A DNA stretch of 64,000 nt, taken from assembly GCA_944332225.1 (NCBI GenBank), contig CALVJO010000004.1, forward strand, positions 1,414 through 65,413. The letters are read 5' to 3'. A model generated the notes under the pieces. That model was not told the origin of the DNA. It did not search any database and saw only the letters and a list, made by a program, of their open reading frames with translations. This document shows positions 1-10,160 of the stretch, piece by piece (the first letter of the stretch is position 1; each line of letters starts with the position of its first letter). Both the position numbers and the translations under genes were made by a program. The DNA comes from an uncultured Bacilli bacterium (lineage in GTDB: Bacteria > Bacillota_I > Bacilli_A > RFN20 > CAG-449).

Positions 1-3000
1 ATCTTTAAACGGATCTTTTGAACTTATAATCTGCTCATCAGCTATCTCTTCAGGAGATGAATCATCATTAGAAGGAACATCTCCTCCGTAAGCTAGAGCC
101 TGCTTTTTCTTCCTTTCAGGTAAGAATAATGAGACTACGCTCCAGGCGAGAAGACCAAAAACGATGACGTTTATAACAACTAGCAATGGAACCCACCAGT
201 TAAACCCTCTTTCAATCGTTTGTGGCGCGGTTATCTCTACCTTGAATTCATTATCTCCAGTATCAGTTTTTGCTTGATAATAAGTATTACAAATCGTGTA
301 GATAATTGACTTTGCAGAAGAACGAGCTAAGTTAACATCAGTCGTATTATCTAAATCAAGCTTTCCATATCTTCCAGCTTTACCATATTGAGGATTAAGC
401 TGCAAGTTAAGCCCTGCTCTAATTCCGCTAGATAAGACCATGTTAGAATCATCTCCAGAGTCATAGTCAGTTACCACAGTTCCTTTAAATCCGAATTCAG
501 TTCTAAGCACTCCGTCAATCATAGCTTGGTTAGATCCAGCCCATGTAGCCCCAATCTTATTAAATGAGACCATAACTGCATTTGCTTTACCTTGCTTAAT
601 AGCTATCTCAAACGGTTTTAAATAGTTTTCACGAAGATTTTGTTCCGTGCACCAAACTCTTTGAGAGGTGTAAGGAGATGAATCATATAAAGCTAAGTGT
701 TTAATATAAGCATAGACACCGTTGCTCGCGGCACCTTTAATATAGTAAGCAGCATATAATCCGCTTAAGACAGGATCCTCAGAATAATATTCATAATTAC
801 GTCCATTTTCTGATTCACGATGGAGATTAACTCCCGGCGCGTAGATTCCTGATATACCAAAGTTTTGACCATCCATACCGATAATTTGCCCGGCTTGATA
901 GAGAAGTTCCTTATTCCAAGTTTGACCAACTAAGTTTTCACATGGAAAAGCGGTCATATTTGAGCCAGGAACATTTGGGGAAAGATTAGTTCTATTGAAT
1001 CCAGAAGGACCATCATACTCTAAATTAACTGGTTTTCCGATGCTTTCGATAGCTCTTGAACCATATCCTCCATCTTCAACGATTCTTCTTAATTCTTCTT
1101 TGCTCATTTGATTAAGCAATTGATTCCAAGTATCGTCATTAAAGTTGTCTGGATTACCAAGCTTCATCATTAATTCTTCATTATATTTAAGCTTGCCATT
1201 ATATTCTTTGTCACCATTGAATTCTTCATAGCTGACAAAGCTGCCATCTTCTTTAGTTATTAATCTAAGATTATTTTCTTGATCCATCGTAGGCATAGAA
1301 TCATAGACATAATCATCATAAACATAAGTTGAATATGCAGATAAATCTCTAGAATCAGGATTTTCTTCTTTAGTTACAGGAAGAGTTTCCTTCATATTAG
1401 ATCTAGACATAAATGTCCAATCCATTCCGTTTTCACCGATGGTAGAACCATCTAAAGAGAATCCTCCGTAAGCATCTTCTCCGGTGAAACGATTCTTAAT
1501 TCTTCCTCCAGATACAGGATCTTTACGATAACGGAAATCTTCGTTAACATTATAAGTTAAGATATTATTTTCCATTCCTTCTTTTAAACTATGAGAATCA
1601 GTTTGGAATTTTAATTGGTACTCTCCCGCGTCAAGTTCCCATCCGGTCATTTCATTTTTATTATCATCGTAAGCATCATAACTTGCGAATTGATAAGGGG
1701 TGACTGTGAAAGTTAATGTCGCAGTTTGATTAACATCAAGTAATGGTGTCTTTTCAAAATCTAAGAGAATAACGTGAGATTTTTCAACTTCGCCTTCATA
1801 GTACGGCGCGGTTAAATATAATTCGACTACATCTTTACCAGGCACTTGACCTGTGTTGGTGACATCGACTTTAATCTCGATTTCAGATTCGCTATCGATG
1901 ATTGAGTTATTTGGTAATGATACTGAATTAAGTTTCCATGAGAAATCTGTATAGCTGAGGCCGTGACCGAAAGGATATTGAACCACCGCGTCATAACCAG
2001 TTTTTTCGTCTTTGGTACCTTCAAAGATAACCTTGTCTGAGAAAACATTTTCAGCATCAGCAGTTTCATAGAATTTATAACCTAGATAAATATCTTCAGC
2101 ATAGACGATATCATTACCTATCGAGTTTACTCTTGCCGGTTCATTAATCTCTGGATTATAAACGATGGTATCAGCTAATTTTCCTGATGGATTAACTGCT
2201 CCTGATAAGACTTTGCCAATAGAAGCCGCGCCACTTTGACCCATGTAGCCAACATTTAATGCCGCGCCAATATTTCCAAAATTAGTTTCATCATCGATGA
2301 AGCCCATATCCATAATAGAACCAGTATTGAAGATGACAACAACATTCTCAAAGTTTGAGGTGCACATCTTGATTAAAGATTCTTCTTCAGTAGAAATCTC
2401 ACTAAAGGAACGAGTCTCATCAGTTGGAAGATCATGCTTATATTGCTTGTCGTAGATTCTTCCAATATATTCTCCGCTGTAACGGGAAAGAACAATAATC
2501 GCCGTATCTGAGAATGATTTAGCTCTAGAGACCACATCATCAGGGAAAGCAGTCGCGGTGACAGGTTCTTTTAATTTCGTGGAATAACGATTGTTCCAAG
2601 AAGCTGAATCACCCCAGTCTTGGTCTTCATCCTTACACCAATCTTCATAGATATTGATGATTTCTTCATTATAAGTGAAGCCCGCATCCTTTAATCCTTG
2701 TAAGAAGTTAACTCTATTATCTGGATAGATATATGATCTACCAGAACCATTGCCGGTTAGAAGGAATCCGCTGTCGGTCGCGCCCCATCCAAAGACATTG
2801 ATGTTTTTAGTTTGTAATGGTAGAGTTGGCTTTCCATTATTCTCTTTGTTCTTTAGTAAAACAACGCCTTCATCAGCAATTTTTCTAACTACTCCATCAG
2901 CAGTTTTTGCCGATTCTTCAATTGATTGATCATTCCCAGTTAATTGCTCAGCAACTCCAAGGAAGGTTGAGATAATGTCAGAATATTTATAAGCAAAGCA

Positions 3001-3090
3001 GTCTCCAACAATTAAGGCAATTGAGAAAAGTGAGGCGATTGCAATTCCTGCAATATGCGTCTTTTTAATTTTTTTCTTTATTAACGACAT
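1..3090 (-). CDS. Glycoside hydrolase family 3 (exo-glycosidase/beta-glucosidase-like), membrane-anchored, reversed domain order; partial, C-terminus lies beyond the window start
   Basis: Minus-strand frame from ATG at 3088-3090 (MSLIKKKIKKTHIAGIAIASLFSIALIVGDCFAYKYSD..., N-terminal TM helix) is open to codon 3..1. Hand translation gives IADEGVVLLKNKENNGKPTLPLQTKNINVFGWGATDSGF (GH3 alpha/beta-sandwich domain signature) near the N-terminus. It also gives DGVLRTEFGFKGTVVTDYDSGDD (GH3 nucleophile motif) around 420-540. A C-terminal hydrophobic helix WWVPLLVVINVIVFGLLAWSVVSLFL is followed by a charged tail at 1-190. It is absent from the ORF track because it runs off the window edge. The central ~2 kb was not checked codon by codon. 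Confidence 0.7.
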   Translation of the reverse strand, partial: MSLIKKKIKKTHIAGIAIASLFSIALIVGDCFAYKYSDIISTFLGVAEQLTGNDQSIEESAKTADGVVRKIADEGVVLLKNKENNGKPTLPLQTKNINVFGWGATDSGFLLTGNGSGRSYIYPDNRVNFLQGLKDAGFTYNEEIINIYEDWCKDEDQDWGDSASWNNRYSTKLKEPVTATAFPDDVVSRAKSFSDTAIIVLSRYSGEYIGRIYDKQYKHDLPTDETRSFSEISTEEESLIKMCTSNFENVVVIFNTGSIMDMGFIDDETNFGNIGAALNVGYMGQSGAASIGKVLSGAVNPSGKLADTIVYNPEINEPARVNSIGNDIVYAEDIYLGYKFYETADAENVFSDKVIFEGTKDEKTGYDAVVQYPFGHGLSYTDFSWKLNSVSLPNNSIIDSESEIEIKVDVTNTGQVPGKDVVELYLTAPYYEGEVEKSHVILLDFEKTPLLDVNQTATLTFTVTPYQFASYDAYDDNKNEMTGWELDAGEYQLKFQTDSHSLKEGMENNILTYNVNEDFRYRKDPVSGGRIKNRFTGEDAYGGFSLDGSTIGENGMDWTFMSRSNMKETLPVTKEENPDSRDLSAYSTYVYDDYVYDSMPTMDQENNLRLITKEDGSFVSYEEFNGDKEYNGKLKYNEELMMKLGNPDNFNDDTWNQLLNQMSKEELRRIVEDGGYGSRAIESIGKPVNLEYDGPSGFNRTNLSPNVPGSNMTAFPCENLVGQTWNKELLYQAGQIIGMDGQNFGISGIYAPGVNLHRESENGRNYEYYSEDPVLSGLYAAYYIKGAASNGVYAYIKHLALYDSSPYTSQRVWCTEQNLRENYLKPFEIAIKQGKANAVMVSFNKIGATWAGSNQAMIDGVLRTEFGFKGTVVTDYDSGDDSNMVLSSGIRAGLNLQLNPQYGKAGRYGKLDLDNTTDVNLARSSAKSIIYTICNTYYQAKTDTGDNEFKVEITAPQTIERGFNWWVPLLVVINVIVFGLLAWSVVSLFLPERKKKQALAYGGDVPSNDDSSPEEIADEQIISSKDPFKD

Positions 3091-3101
3091 AATAACCCTC
3101 G

Positions 3102-5366
3102 CTAGAATTGAATCTTGATCTTATCGACGTTTGCAGCTCTTTGAGAACCATCAAAGTCAGTTATATATCCCGTGCATTCAAGAGATATTTTGTTATATCC
3201 TTTTTTGAGATTGACTGAGGTAATCACGCTTTCAGTCCATAAGAACCAAATAGATTCTCCATTTTGCCCAGTTCTACCTTTAACCATGACATCATCGCCT
3301 ACTGAAACAGCTTGATCATCAACTTTTAAGGAGAAGATATCATTGAATTTTGTGTCCTTAGTTTCAGTTGAACCTTGGACGCGGTTAATAGAAGAAGCCA
3401 CTAAAACTAATGTTGCATCATTAACTTCGCTATCGCTATAGACGAAGAAATCGATGATATTACCTTTTTTAATATTCTCAACCGCGGTTTGCTTGTTCGC
3501 GTTAGTTTTAATTCTCGCGCCATCACCGTCAGTTGTTATTTTCGTGTAGCTCTCCGTAGGGCCAGTTACACCTTCTTCATAAACATGTTCAGCTTCCACT
3601 TCGATACCTGTAGAGATATTTAAGACAAATGAAGCTTGCTTTGAGACATCTCCAGTAACTATTTCGACGTAGAAAGTGACGCTAGATTTAGAATAATCTT
3701 TATCTAATAAATCACCATCTTCATAGACATTACCAAATTCATCTTTAATAGAGTAATTCTTTGCATTTTCATCGACATAACCATTTTCATAGGTAGCTTT
3801 AACTACTAATCCACCTAAATTTAAAGCTGTTCCTTTGGTGTAATTAGTGATTGAAGGCAAGGAAGTTAATTCAACAGATTGAATATCAGGAAGAACCATC
3901 TCAATTGTTTCCTTCCAAGAATAATTCTTATAAGTGAAGGTAATTTCAGTATCGTTATAACCTAAAGGTCCGTCAGGTGTCCAAGAAAGATATTCAGCAT
4001 CAGGTCCTAAACCTTTATCTTCATCATATCCATTACGATAGGTGACATCAAACTTTAATCCGGTTGGATCAAATACATCTCCTGGATTATAAGTAAGTTT
4101 TGAAGGATGTGAAGTAACGTTAACTCCGGTGACGAAGTCTCCTGATTCCTCCGCTTTAGAAGAGGAACGAATTTCTAATTTATCGATGTTTGGAGTTCTA
4201 GGATAATTATCAGATCCTGCCTGCGCGCCGATAGTTTCCAAAGTGATTTTATTATATCCTTGCTTGATATCCATCTGTCCAAGAGGAACTTCAACCCAGT
4301 TAGTCCACTTCGTAGTCGCTGAACCGGTTGGAGGATATTCTTTACCTTGAATGATTAAGTCATCTGATAGCCAAATCTCTTCATTATCTTCACCAAAATA
4401 CATCTTGAATATTTTGTTGACATTCATATCATCCATCTTTTGCTCAGAATCTAAAGTCTTAGTTGAAGATGCGATTAAGACGATATCAGCATTTTCCATG
4501 TCCGCGGAAGAATAAATATAGAATTCAATCTTCATTCCAACGTTAACATCGCCTAAATATCCTTCTCCGGTGAAGGTAGAATCTTGCTTTAAGTGAGTTT
4601 TAGAATTATCGTCATTAAATTCTAGATCCATAGAGTTTCCGCTGATGACGGTATAGCTTTGATCAGTAGGTGCAGGATCTCCGCTTTCAGGGTCGTAGAC
4701 ATTTTCAACTTGCACGGTAATTCCTGAATATACTGTGATGGTGAAAGTATCAGTTTTAGTAACTCCATTAGAAGTCACAGATACAGTTAATTCGATTTCT
4801 CCGGTGACATCTAAGACCTTTCCTTGCTCATATACATTACCATCTTTATCGGTGACAACGTATTTAGTTTCGTTAGGTTCAACGCCTTCTTCGTAGGTAG
4901 CTTGGACAGTTAATCCAGTTAGATCGAATGAATCACCTAACTCATAAGTTTTGACATCTGGTTCTCTTGTGATTTCGACGCCTTGTAAAGTTTTAGGCGT
5001 AACTGTGATAGGAATATCCTTTGAGAATCCATCAATTGTAATCGTGATGTGAGTTACATCAGTAGTAAGAGGTCCTCTAGGGGAATAAGAGTCTAAGTCC
5101 GCGCCGGTTAAACCTGTTTCAACCTCACCGCTTTCATAGATGATGTTGAATTTTAATCCAGCAGTCTTAAATTCCTCTCCTTCCTTGTACTCGGTTTTTG
5201 ATGGCATAGATGTAATCTCTAAATCTTTAATCGCATCTTCTGCCACGCTGGTAGTAGACTCGCTCGTTGGAGGGGTTGTCGAACTTGTCTGTTGAGGGCC
5301 ACCGCATGAAGCTAAAATGATAGCTAATGGGATTAAGGCACCAATTAAAATGTGTTTCTTTTTCAT
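3102..5366 (-). CDS. Surface lipoprotein with two tandem ~350-aa modules, each Ig-like (Big) domains followed by a CBM6/CBM35-like beta-sandwich
   Basis: Signal peptide and lipobox MKKKHILIGALIPLAIILASCGG. There is a clear internal duplication (TSMPSKTEYKEGEEFKTAGLKF... vs TSHPSKLTYNPGDVFDPTGLKF...). Each half ends in a module beginning VQVENVYD / IEVEAEHVYEEG, the (I/V)EAE(N/H) signature typical of CBM6-type modules. It lies immediately downstream of the GH3 gene on the same strand. Confidence 0.6.
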   Translation of the reverse strand: MKKKHILIGALIPLAIILASCGGPQQTSSTTPPTSESTTSVAEDAIKDLEITSMPSKTEYKEGEEFKTAGLKFNIIYESGEVETGLTGADLDSYSPRGPLTTDVTHITITIDGFSKDIPITVTPKTLQGVEITREPDVKTYELGDSFDLTGLTVQATYEEGVEPNETKYVVTDKDGNVYEQGKVLDVTGEIELTVSVTSNGVTKTDTFTITVYSGITVQVENVYDPESGDPAPTDQSYTVISGNSMDLEFNDDNSKTHLKQDSTFTGEGYLGDVNVGMKIEFYIYSSADMENADIVLIASSTKTLDSEQKMDDMNVNKIFKMYFGEDNEEIWLSDDLIIQGKEYPPTGSATTKWTNWVEVPLGQMDIKQGYNKITLETIGAQAGSDNYPRTPNIDKLEIRSSSKAEESGDFVTGVNVTSHPSKLTYNPGDVFDPTGLKFDVTYRNGYDEDKGLGPDAEYLSWTPDGPLGYNDTEITFTYKNYSWKETIEMVLPDIQSVELTSLPSITNYTKGTALNLGGLVVKATYENGYVDENAKNYSIKDEFGNVYEDGDLLDKDYSKSSVTFYVEIVTGDVSKQASFVLNISTGIEVEAEHVYEEGVTGPTESYTKITTDGDGARIKTNANKQTAVENIKKGNIIDFFVYSDSEVNDATLVLVASSINRVQGSTETKDTKFNDIFSLKVDDQAVSVGDDVMVKGRTGQNGESIWFLWTESVITSVNLKKGYNKISLECTGYITDFDGSQRAANVDKIKIQF

Positions 5367-5477
5367 TGTGTTCTCCTTGACCTAAGTAGTAAAAAAACTT
5401 TTAGGATGATTTAATGCTATGAAATCGCTTACAAATAAACTAGACGTACATCGTCATCGGTTATTTTTATTTCGTAA

Positions 5478-6815
5478 CTAGTTAAAAAATAAAATATTTA
5501 GATTGAAAACTTGGTTCGAGGTCTTGATTGACATTTCACCTTGATATTTATCCACTAGATATTTAACACTTTTCATTCCATAGCCATGATATGCGCTATC
5601 TTTTTTCGTGGTTTTAGGTAATTTGTCTTCAAAAACAATATTGCCATCATAATAGTTATGAATATTAATGGTGATAAATGAATTATTCTTTTTTATTGAA
5701 AGAGAGATTGTCCTTTTATCTAAAGGTAATGGCTCAACGGCTTCGATTGCATTATCGATGATGTTGCCAAATAAGGAATAAAGATCTCCCGCGGACATGA
5801 AAGTTAAAAGCTCTCCATCAACTATGCAGCAAAGTTTGATATTCTTTTCGTTGCAGTAAAGGCTTTTTTCCGTGAGGATGATATCTAAAGGCTCATTTCC
5901 AGTTTTTACATTCGCATCATAAATTGAGATGGTATCTTCTATCTCTTTAACAACATTTTCATCAATGTATTTGTTTTTTCCGATCTCTCTAATCTGATGT
6001 TTTAAATCATGGCATTTTTGATTTATTAAATTTATGTTCATCTTGTTTTCTTGGTATTGTTTCTCTTTTTCTTTAAACAATCTGGTGATTATTTGTAATG
6101 AGGTTTCAAGTCTTCCCCTGCTTTCTTCCATGAACAATAGATATAAAGCGATGATGCAGCAAAAAATATTAAACACATTTAAAGTAGCAAAGTAACCTCG
6201 ATACATGTTTCCTTGATTGAAATCAGCGATGAAGACGCTGACGATTATATCAAAAAATAAGATTAACGCGCCGATTAAACCAGTTTTCGTATTTATATAA
6301 TCTGATTTGATCAAACTTGTGATTTTTTTGCTAGTCGCTAAATAGCCAATGACATAAGTGATGTAGTAGATAAAGACATAAACGATAATCGTGAATGGAT
6401 TCCCTGAGACGAAAGAGTTTCCGTTGCTAGAATAAATTAAAAAAGCATCATAGACTCCTGAACCGATTACTATTTCAACATTAGATATTCCTGATACTAT
6501 CGCAAAGAATTCAAAAAGCTCATAGGCGATATGTTGAAAAGTATACGCGGCGACTCCAAAAAAGAATAGCTTTAAAAAAGAGCCTTTAAAGCAAATTTTT
6601 ATTCCTATTAACGTGGTAAAGAATAAAAAGAAATAGAAAAAACAACTATAGAAAGGATTATCGACATATGGAGTAAAAACTGCTATTAAAACAATCCCAA
6701 CAAGAGATAAAAATAGTTTAAGAAAAAAATATTTTTGTCTCTTAAGTCTAAATACAATTAATCCTTCAGCTATCAAAAGTTCAAAAATGAATATAAGATT
6801 TTGAACAATAATCAT
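5478..6815 (-). CDS. Sensor histidine kinase, AgrC/LytS-like (HPK10 GHKL type), multi-pass membrane N-terminal domain
   Basis: Six to seven hydrophobic helices at the N-terminus. H-box HDLKHQIREI. C-terminal GHKL ATPase motifs (NAIEA..., GYGMKSVKYLVDKYQGEMSI). Overlaps the upstream LytTR regulator by 4 nt (ATGA). Confidence 0.7.
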   Translation of the reverse strand: MIIVQNLIFIFELLIAEGLIVFRLKRQKYFFLKLFLSLVGIVLIAVFTPYVDNPFYSCFFYFFLFFTTLIGIKICFKGSFLKLFFFGVAAYTFQHIAYELFEFFAIVSGISNVEIVIGSGVYDAFLIYSSNGNSFVSGNPFTIIVYVFIYYITYVIGYLATSKKITSLIKSDYINTKTGLIGALILFFDIIVSVFIADFNQGNMYRGYFATLNVFNIFCCIIALYLLFMEESRGRLETSLQIITRLFKEKEKQYQENKMNINLINQKCHDLKHQIREIGKNKYIDENVVKEIEDTISIYDANVKTGNEPLDIILTEKSLYCNEKNIKLCCIVDGELLTFMSAGDLYSLFGNIIDNAIEAVEPLPLDKRTISLSIKKNNSFITINIHNYYDGNIVFEDKLPKTTKKDSAYHGYGMKSVKYLVDKYQGEMSIKTSNQVFNLNILFFN

Positions 6816-7525
6816 ATCGATCCTCCAAGAAAGTCCGCGACATCCTTGAGAAAAGATTTCTTTTTTGATCTAGAGATAGCTAATGTTTCATTCCCTAGAT
6901 ATAAAGTAAAATCATCAATCTTGGTAACAAATTTTAAATTCACTAGATAGCAGTTATTACATCTAGAGAAATTATATTTACCTAGTTGCTCTTCCATCTT
7001 TGATAAAGAACCAAAAGAGGTTAAGTCACCATCTAAAGTATGAAACACTAAACGGTGATTGAACACTTCAATATATTTGATATCTCTAATTGGAACCACA
7101 TGAGATGAGGTTTTATCGTTGATGATGATTTTCTCATGAAGATTTGATGATATTTTTTTATAAGCTCTTTGAATCTTAAGTAATAAATTAGGATAGGAAA
7201 CTGGCTTTACAATAAAATCCATCGCATCAACTAAATATCCATCAACCGCGTATTGAGCCATATTCGTGATGAATATTAAGATAACGTTTTGATCCTTTTC
7301 TCTTAACAACTTTGAAGTTTCTAATCCATCCGCGCCGGGAAGTTCAATATCCATGAATACTATGTCGCAGTTACCATTATATTTATCTAAGAATTGAAGG
7401 GGCTTATCGTAAAGAGAGATATCTCCGACTAAACCAAGCTCATTCATAGCTTTATTTAGATAATCAATCAATATATTCGCGTCTTCTTTATTATCCTCAA
7501 CAATGCTAATACGTATTTTATCCAT
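6812..7525 (-). CDS. Two-component response regulator, LytTR family (REC + LytTR DNA-binding domain)
   Basis: REC domain (IVEDN...DIVFMDIELPGADGLE...). C-terminal LytTR domain (IRDIKYIEVFNHRLVFHTLDGDL...). Translationally coupled to the kinase gene. Confidence 0.75.
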   Translation of the reverse strand: MDKIRISIVEDNKEDANILIDYLNKAMNELGLVGDISLYDKPLQFLDKYNGNCDIVFMDIELPGADGLETSKLLREKDQNVILIFITNMAQYAVDGYLVDAMDFIVKPVSYPNLLLKIQRAYKKISSNLHEKIIINDKTSSHVVPIRDIKYIEVFNHRLVFHTLDGDLTSFGSLSKMEEQLGKYNFSRCNNCYLVNLKFVTKIDDFTLYLGNETLAISRSKKKSFLKDVADFLGGSI

Positions 7526-7758
7526 AACTATCCTAATAATGAGAATAAACTAAAATATAGTAAAATTGCAAAAGTATTTTAAAAAGAAAAATCTAATTAA
7601 GCTTTTTATAAATAATGTATATACCAATATTATATATTCTTATAAGCAAACTATTAATTGAATAAATTTCATAGACAAGTTCACCTTTAAACCGCTTTCA
7701 ATCAATGTTTTCTTGATGCTTAAAAAATTGAGTTTATAATCATTTAGGAGAAAAGCTT

Positions 7759-9066
7759 ATGTTTGATTTTATAAATTTAATTTCCTTACCAATCGCACCT
7801 AGTAATATGCAAGAACCATATCTTATCCTCTTGCCTATTGCCTTGATTTTATTGTTTTGCAAGTTGTTTGCCCTGATTTGCAAAAAAATAAAAATTCCTG
7901 AAGTAATTGGCTTCCTTCTCGCTGGATTATTTTTAGGATTAATTATTTTAATTCCTAATCAAACTGTTTTTACAACTTACACGATGGAAGGCGTCGACGA
8001 TTTAGCTAAAATTGGAGTTGTTTTACTTATGTTCTCCGCGGGATTAGAGACTGATTTACATAAGATTAAATCTGTGGGTATTCCTTCATTAGTGATAACT
8101 ACATTAGGTGTTATAGTTCCTTTGATACTAGGTACTTTAGCCTCATATTTAATCCTTCATAATAGCTTTAACGAATCGTTATTCTATGGAGTTATCTTAA
8201 CTGCAACTTCAGTTTCTGTCACTGTTGCTACCTTAAAAGAGATGGGAAAACTTGATACAAAATATGGAATGAGCATCATCTCCGCGGCTATTTTAGATGA
8301 TGTAATCGGTATCGTTTTATTATCATTAATCATCACTATTGACGGAGGTAACGGAGACGTTATCTATGTTAGTGATCCTTCATGGAACATGGTCATAACT
8401 ATTCTTGTGATGGCTTCATTCTTCGTTTTATCGTTCATCGTTGGAATATTGATTAGAAAGCTATTTAAATATCTAGATGATAAGTATCCTCATCATCGGA
8501 GAATTCCTCTTTTTGCCTATGTTCTTTGCTTTTTATTCGCATACATCTCGGAACGCTTCTTCCAGGTTGCCGACATAACCGGAGCCTATATATGTGGATT
8601 AATTCTATCTTCTACAAAATCAAAAGATTATATTGACCATCGTACAGACTCTATTTCTAATTTATTTTTTACCCCGATTTTTTTCTGCTCAATAGCCTTT
8701 AAAATGTATACAGGTGACCTCCAATTTGATAATCCATCGTTTATCACATTTGGCCTTGTATGGGTGTTGATGGGCCTCCTTGGTAAGGTGATCGGAGCCT
8801 TCATAGGCGCGAAGATAACCGGCTTTAAAACTAGAGAATCATTTATGATAGGAATTGGAATGATGGCCCGCGCGGAGGTAGTTATCGTATCTGCTCAAAA
8901 AGGAGTTGATTCCAAAATGGTATCATCCTCCATTATTCCTTTCACTTTAATATTGATAATCACCTCTTCATTATTGACTCCGTTATTATTAAAAATCACG
9001 GGAAAGAAACTTAATGATGAGACGCCTAATGAACCTCTTACAATAGAACACAATCAAGAAAATTAA
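7759..9066 (+). CDS. Monovalent cation:proton antiporter (CPA family, Kef/NapA-like)
   Basis: 435 aa with 10-12 TM helices. N-terminal IPEVIGFLLAGLFLGL motif typical of CPA2-type Na+/H+ or K+/H+ antiporters. RBS AGGAG upstream. Confidence 0.55.
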   Translation: MFDFINLISLPIAPSNMQEPYLILLPIALILLFCKLFALICKKIKIPEVIGFLLAGLFLGLIILIPNQTVFTTYTMEGVDDLAKIGVVLLMFSAGLETDLHKIKSVGIPSLVITTLGVIVPLILGTLASYLILHNSFNESLFYGVILTATSVSVTVATLKEMGKLDTKYGMSIISAAILDDVIGIVLLSLIITIDGGNGDVIYVSDPSWNMVITILVMASFFVLSFIVGILIRKLFKYLDDKYPHHRRIPLFAYVLCFLFAYISERFFQVADITGAYICGLILSSTKSKDYIDHRTDSISNLFFTPIFFCSIAFKMYTGDLQFDNPSFITFGLVWVLMGLLGKVIGAFIGAKITGFKTRESFMIGIGMMARAEVVIVSAQKGVDSKMVSSSIIPFTLILIITSSLLTPLLLKITGKKLNDETPNEPLTIEHNQEN

Positions 9067-9070
9067 TCAA

Positions 9071-9121
9071 AAAGCCATGTCTAATCTTCATTATATTTAG
9101 ATGATTATTAACATGGCTTTT
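9071..9121. terminator. Bidirectional Rho-independent terminator between convergent genes
   Basis: Inverted repeat AAAAGCCATGT...ACATGGCTTTT with a ~30-nt loop, between the antiporter stop (9066) and the convergent gene ending at 9132. Confidence 0.4.
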
Positions 9122-9131
9122 AATTTAGAAT

Positions 9132-9398
9132 TTAATGTTTCAATGCGTTATAGGAATAGTATTCTTCATCCTTTTTAATATCTATGGTCTCATCTGATTC
9201 TTCGTATAGATAGAATGAGGCATCTTGATATAATTCTTCAAAATCTTTCAAAGTCAGATAGTAAGTTAGATTCTTACTCATAATAAAGATTTTTTGACGT
9301 TTTAATGAGGCAAGATATTTACTTTTATCACTGAAAAAGAGAATTATTTTCCCTTCTTTTAAAAAGGAGATCGCTTCGGTAAATGTTAACTTATTCAT
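9132..9398 (-). CDS. Hypothetical small protein (88 aa), last gene of the HAD-NYN operon
   Basis: ORF overlaps the upstream NYN gene by 8 nt on the same strand. No recognisable motif. Confidence 0.35.
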   Translation of the reverse strand: MNKLTFTEAISFLKEGKIILFFSDKSKYLASLKRQKIFIMSKNLTYYLTLKDFEELYQDASFYLYEESDETIDIKKDEEYYSYNALKH

Positions 9399-10149
9399 TG
9401 TAATTAGTCTTTAAAGAGATATAAGCTGTCTCTTTTTTATGCTTATCTTCATACTCTAGATGGTACCCTAAGTTTTGAAGTCTTTCTTGAGTTAATTTTA
9501 TCTTGCTAAACTGAGGTATCTTTTTAATCTCCGCGACTAAATTCGAGTAATATAATTTATCTTTATTATTTTGAAATGTGTTCACTAAGGCTAAATTAAT
9601 TGCCTCCTCTAGCAAGAATTCAGTTTGTTTTCTTTTTGATAATTTAGTTTCTTTTGTTTTTGTTTTACTTTCTTTTTTAACTTCTGCCTTAACTTGCTTC
9701 TCTTTAGGCTTTAAATCCTCAACAAAAATATAATCATCAAATAAAGAAATATACTCTTCAGTTGAGGTCTTATTCGAGCCTACCCCAATTACTTTTTTAT
9801 TTAAGGTATGAAGCTTGATACAAAGCTCCGCGTAATCTTGATCGTTACTAACAATACAGAATGTAGGAATATCTGTGGTATAGGCTAAATCAAGGCATTC
9901 AACATAGAGCCTAAAATCGAGAAGATTCTTTCTAAATTCTCCATAGGTGCAGCATAATTCCAAACGATATTTTTTTAAATCTTCGATTAGTTCATTTTTC
10001 TTTATTTTATTTAGATCATGAACAATTAATTTTCGAGGATAGATTAAGGTAAAACCTTGTTTTTCTAATTTATCGAATAATAAATCTAGAATCTCATGCG
10101 GTTTCACATTTTCAGAATCAAATAAAATTGCGATTTGATTGTTGAACAT
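9391..10149 (-). CDS. NYN-domain (LabA-like) predicted RNase with C-terminal OST-HTH/LOTUS-like region
   Basis: N-terminal IAILFDSENV...FCIVSNDQDYAELCIKL...VIGVGS matches the NYN/PIN-like fold signature (acidic residues in conserved positions). C-terminal helical region ends ...QERLQNLGYHLEYEDK. Confidence 0.55.
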   Translation of the reverse strand: MFNNQIAILFDSENVKPHEILDLLFDKLEKQGFTLIYPRKLIVHDLNKIKKNELIEDLKKYRLELCCTYGEFRKNLLDFRLYVECLDLAYTTDIPTFCIVSNDQDYAELCIKLHTLNKKVIGVGSNKTSTEEYISLFDDYIFVEDLKPKEKQVKAEVKKESKTKTKETKLSKRKQTEFLLEEAINLALVNTFQNNKDKLYYSNLVAEIKKIPQFSKIKLTQERLQNLGYHLEYEDKHKKETAYISLKTNYNE

Positions 10150-10160
10150 ATTTTTCCTTT

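Noticed and set aside
1827-2069. 80-aa minus-strand ORF
   Set aside because: Lies entirely inside the GH3 coding region in another frame. No RBS. Lys/Leu-rich translation typical of an out-of-frame AT-rich read.
7526-7758. Search for an autoinducing-peptide precursor gene or LytTR direct repeats upstream of the regulator/kinase operon
   Set aside because: Only 10-16-codon ORFs with no RBS. No convincing 9-bp direct repeats with 12-bp spacing found by eye.
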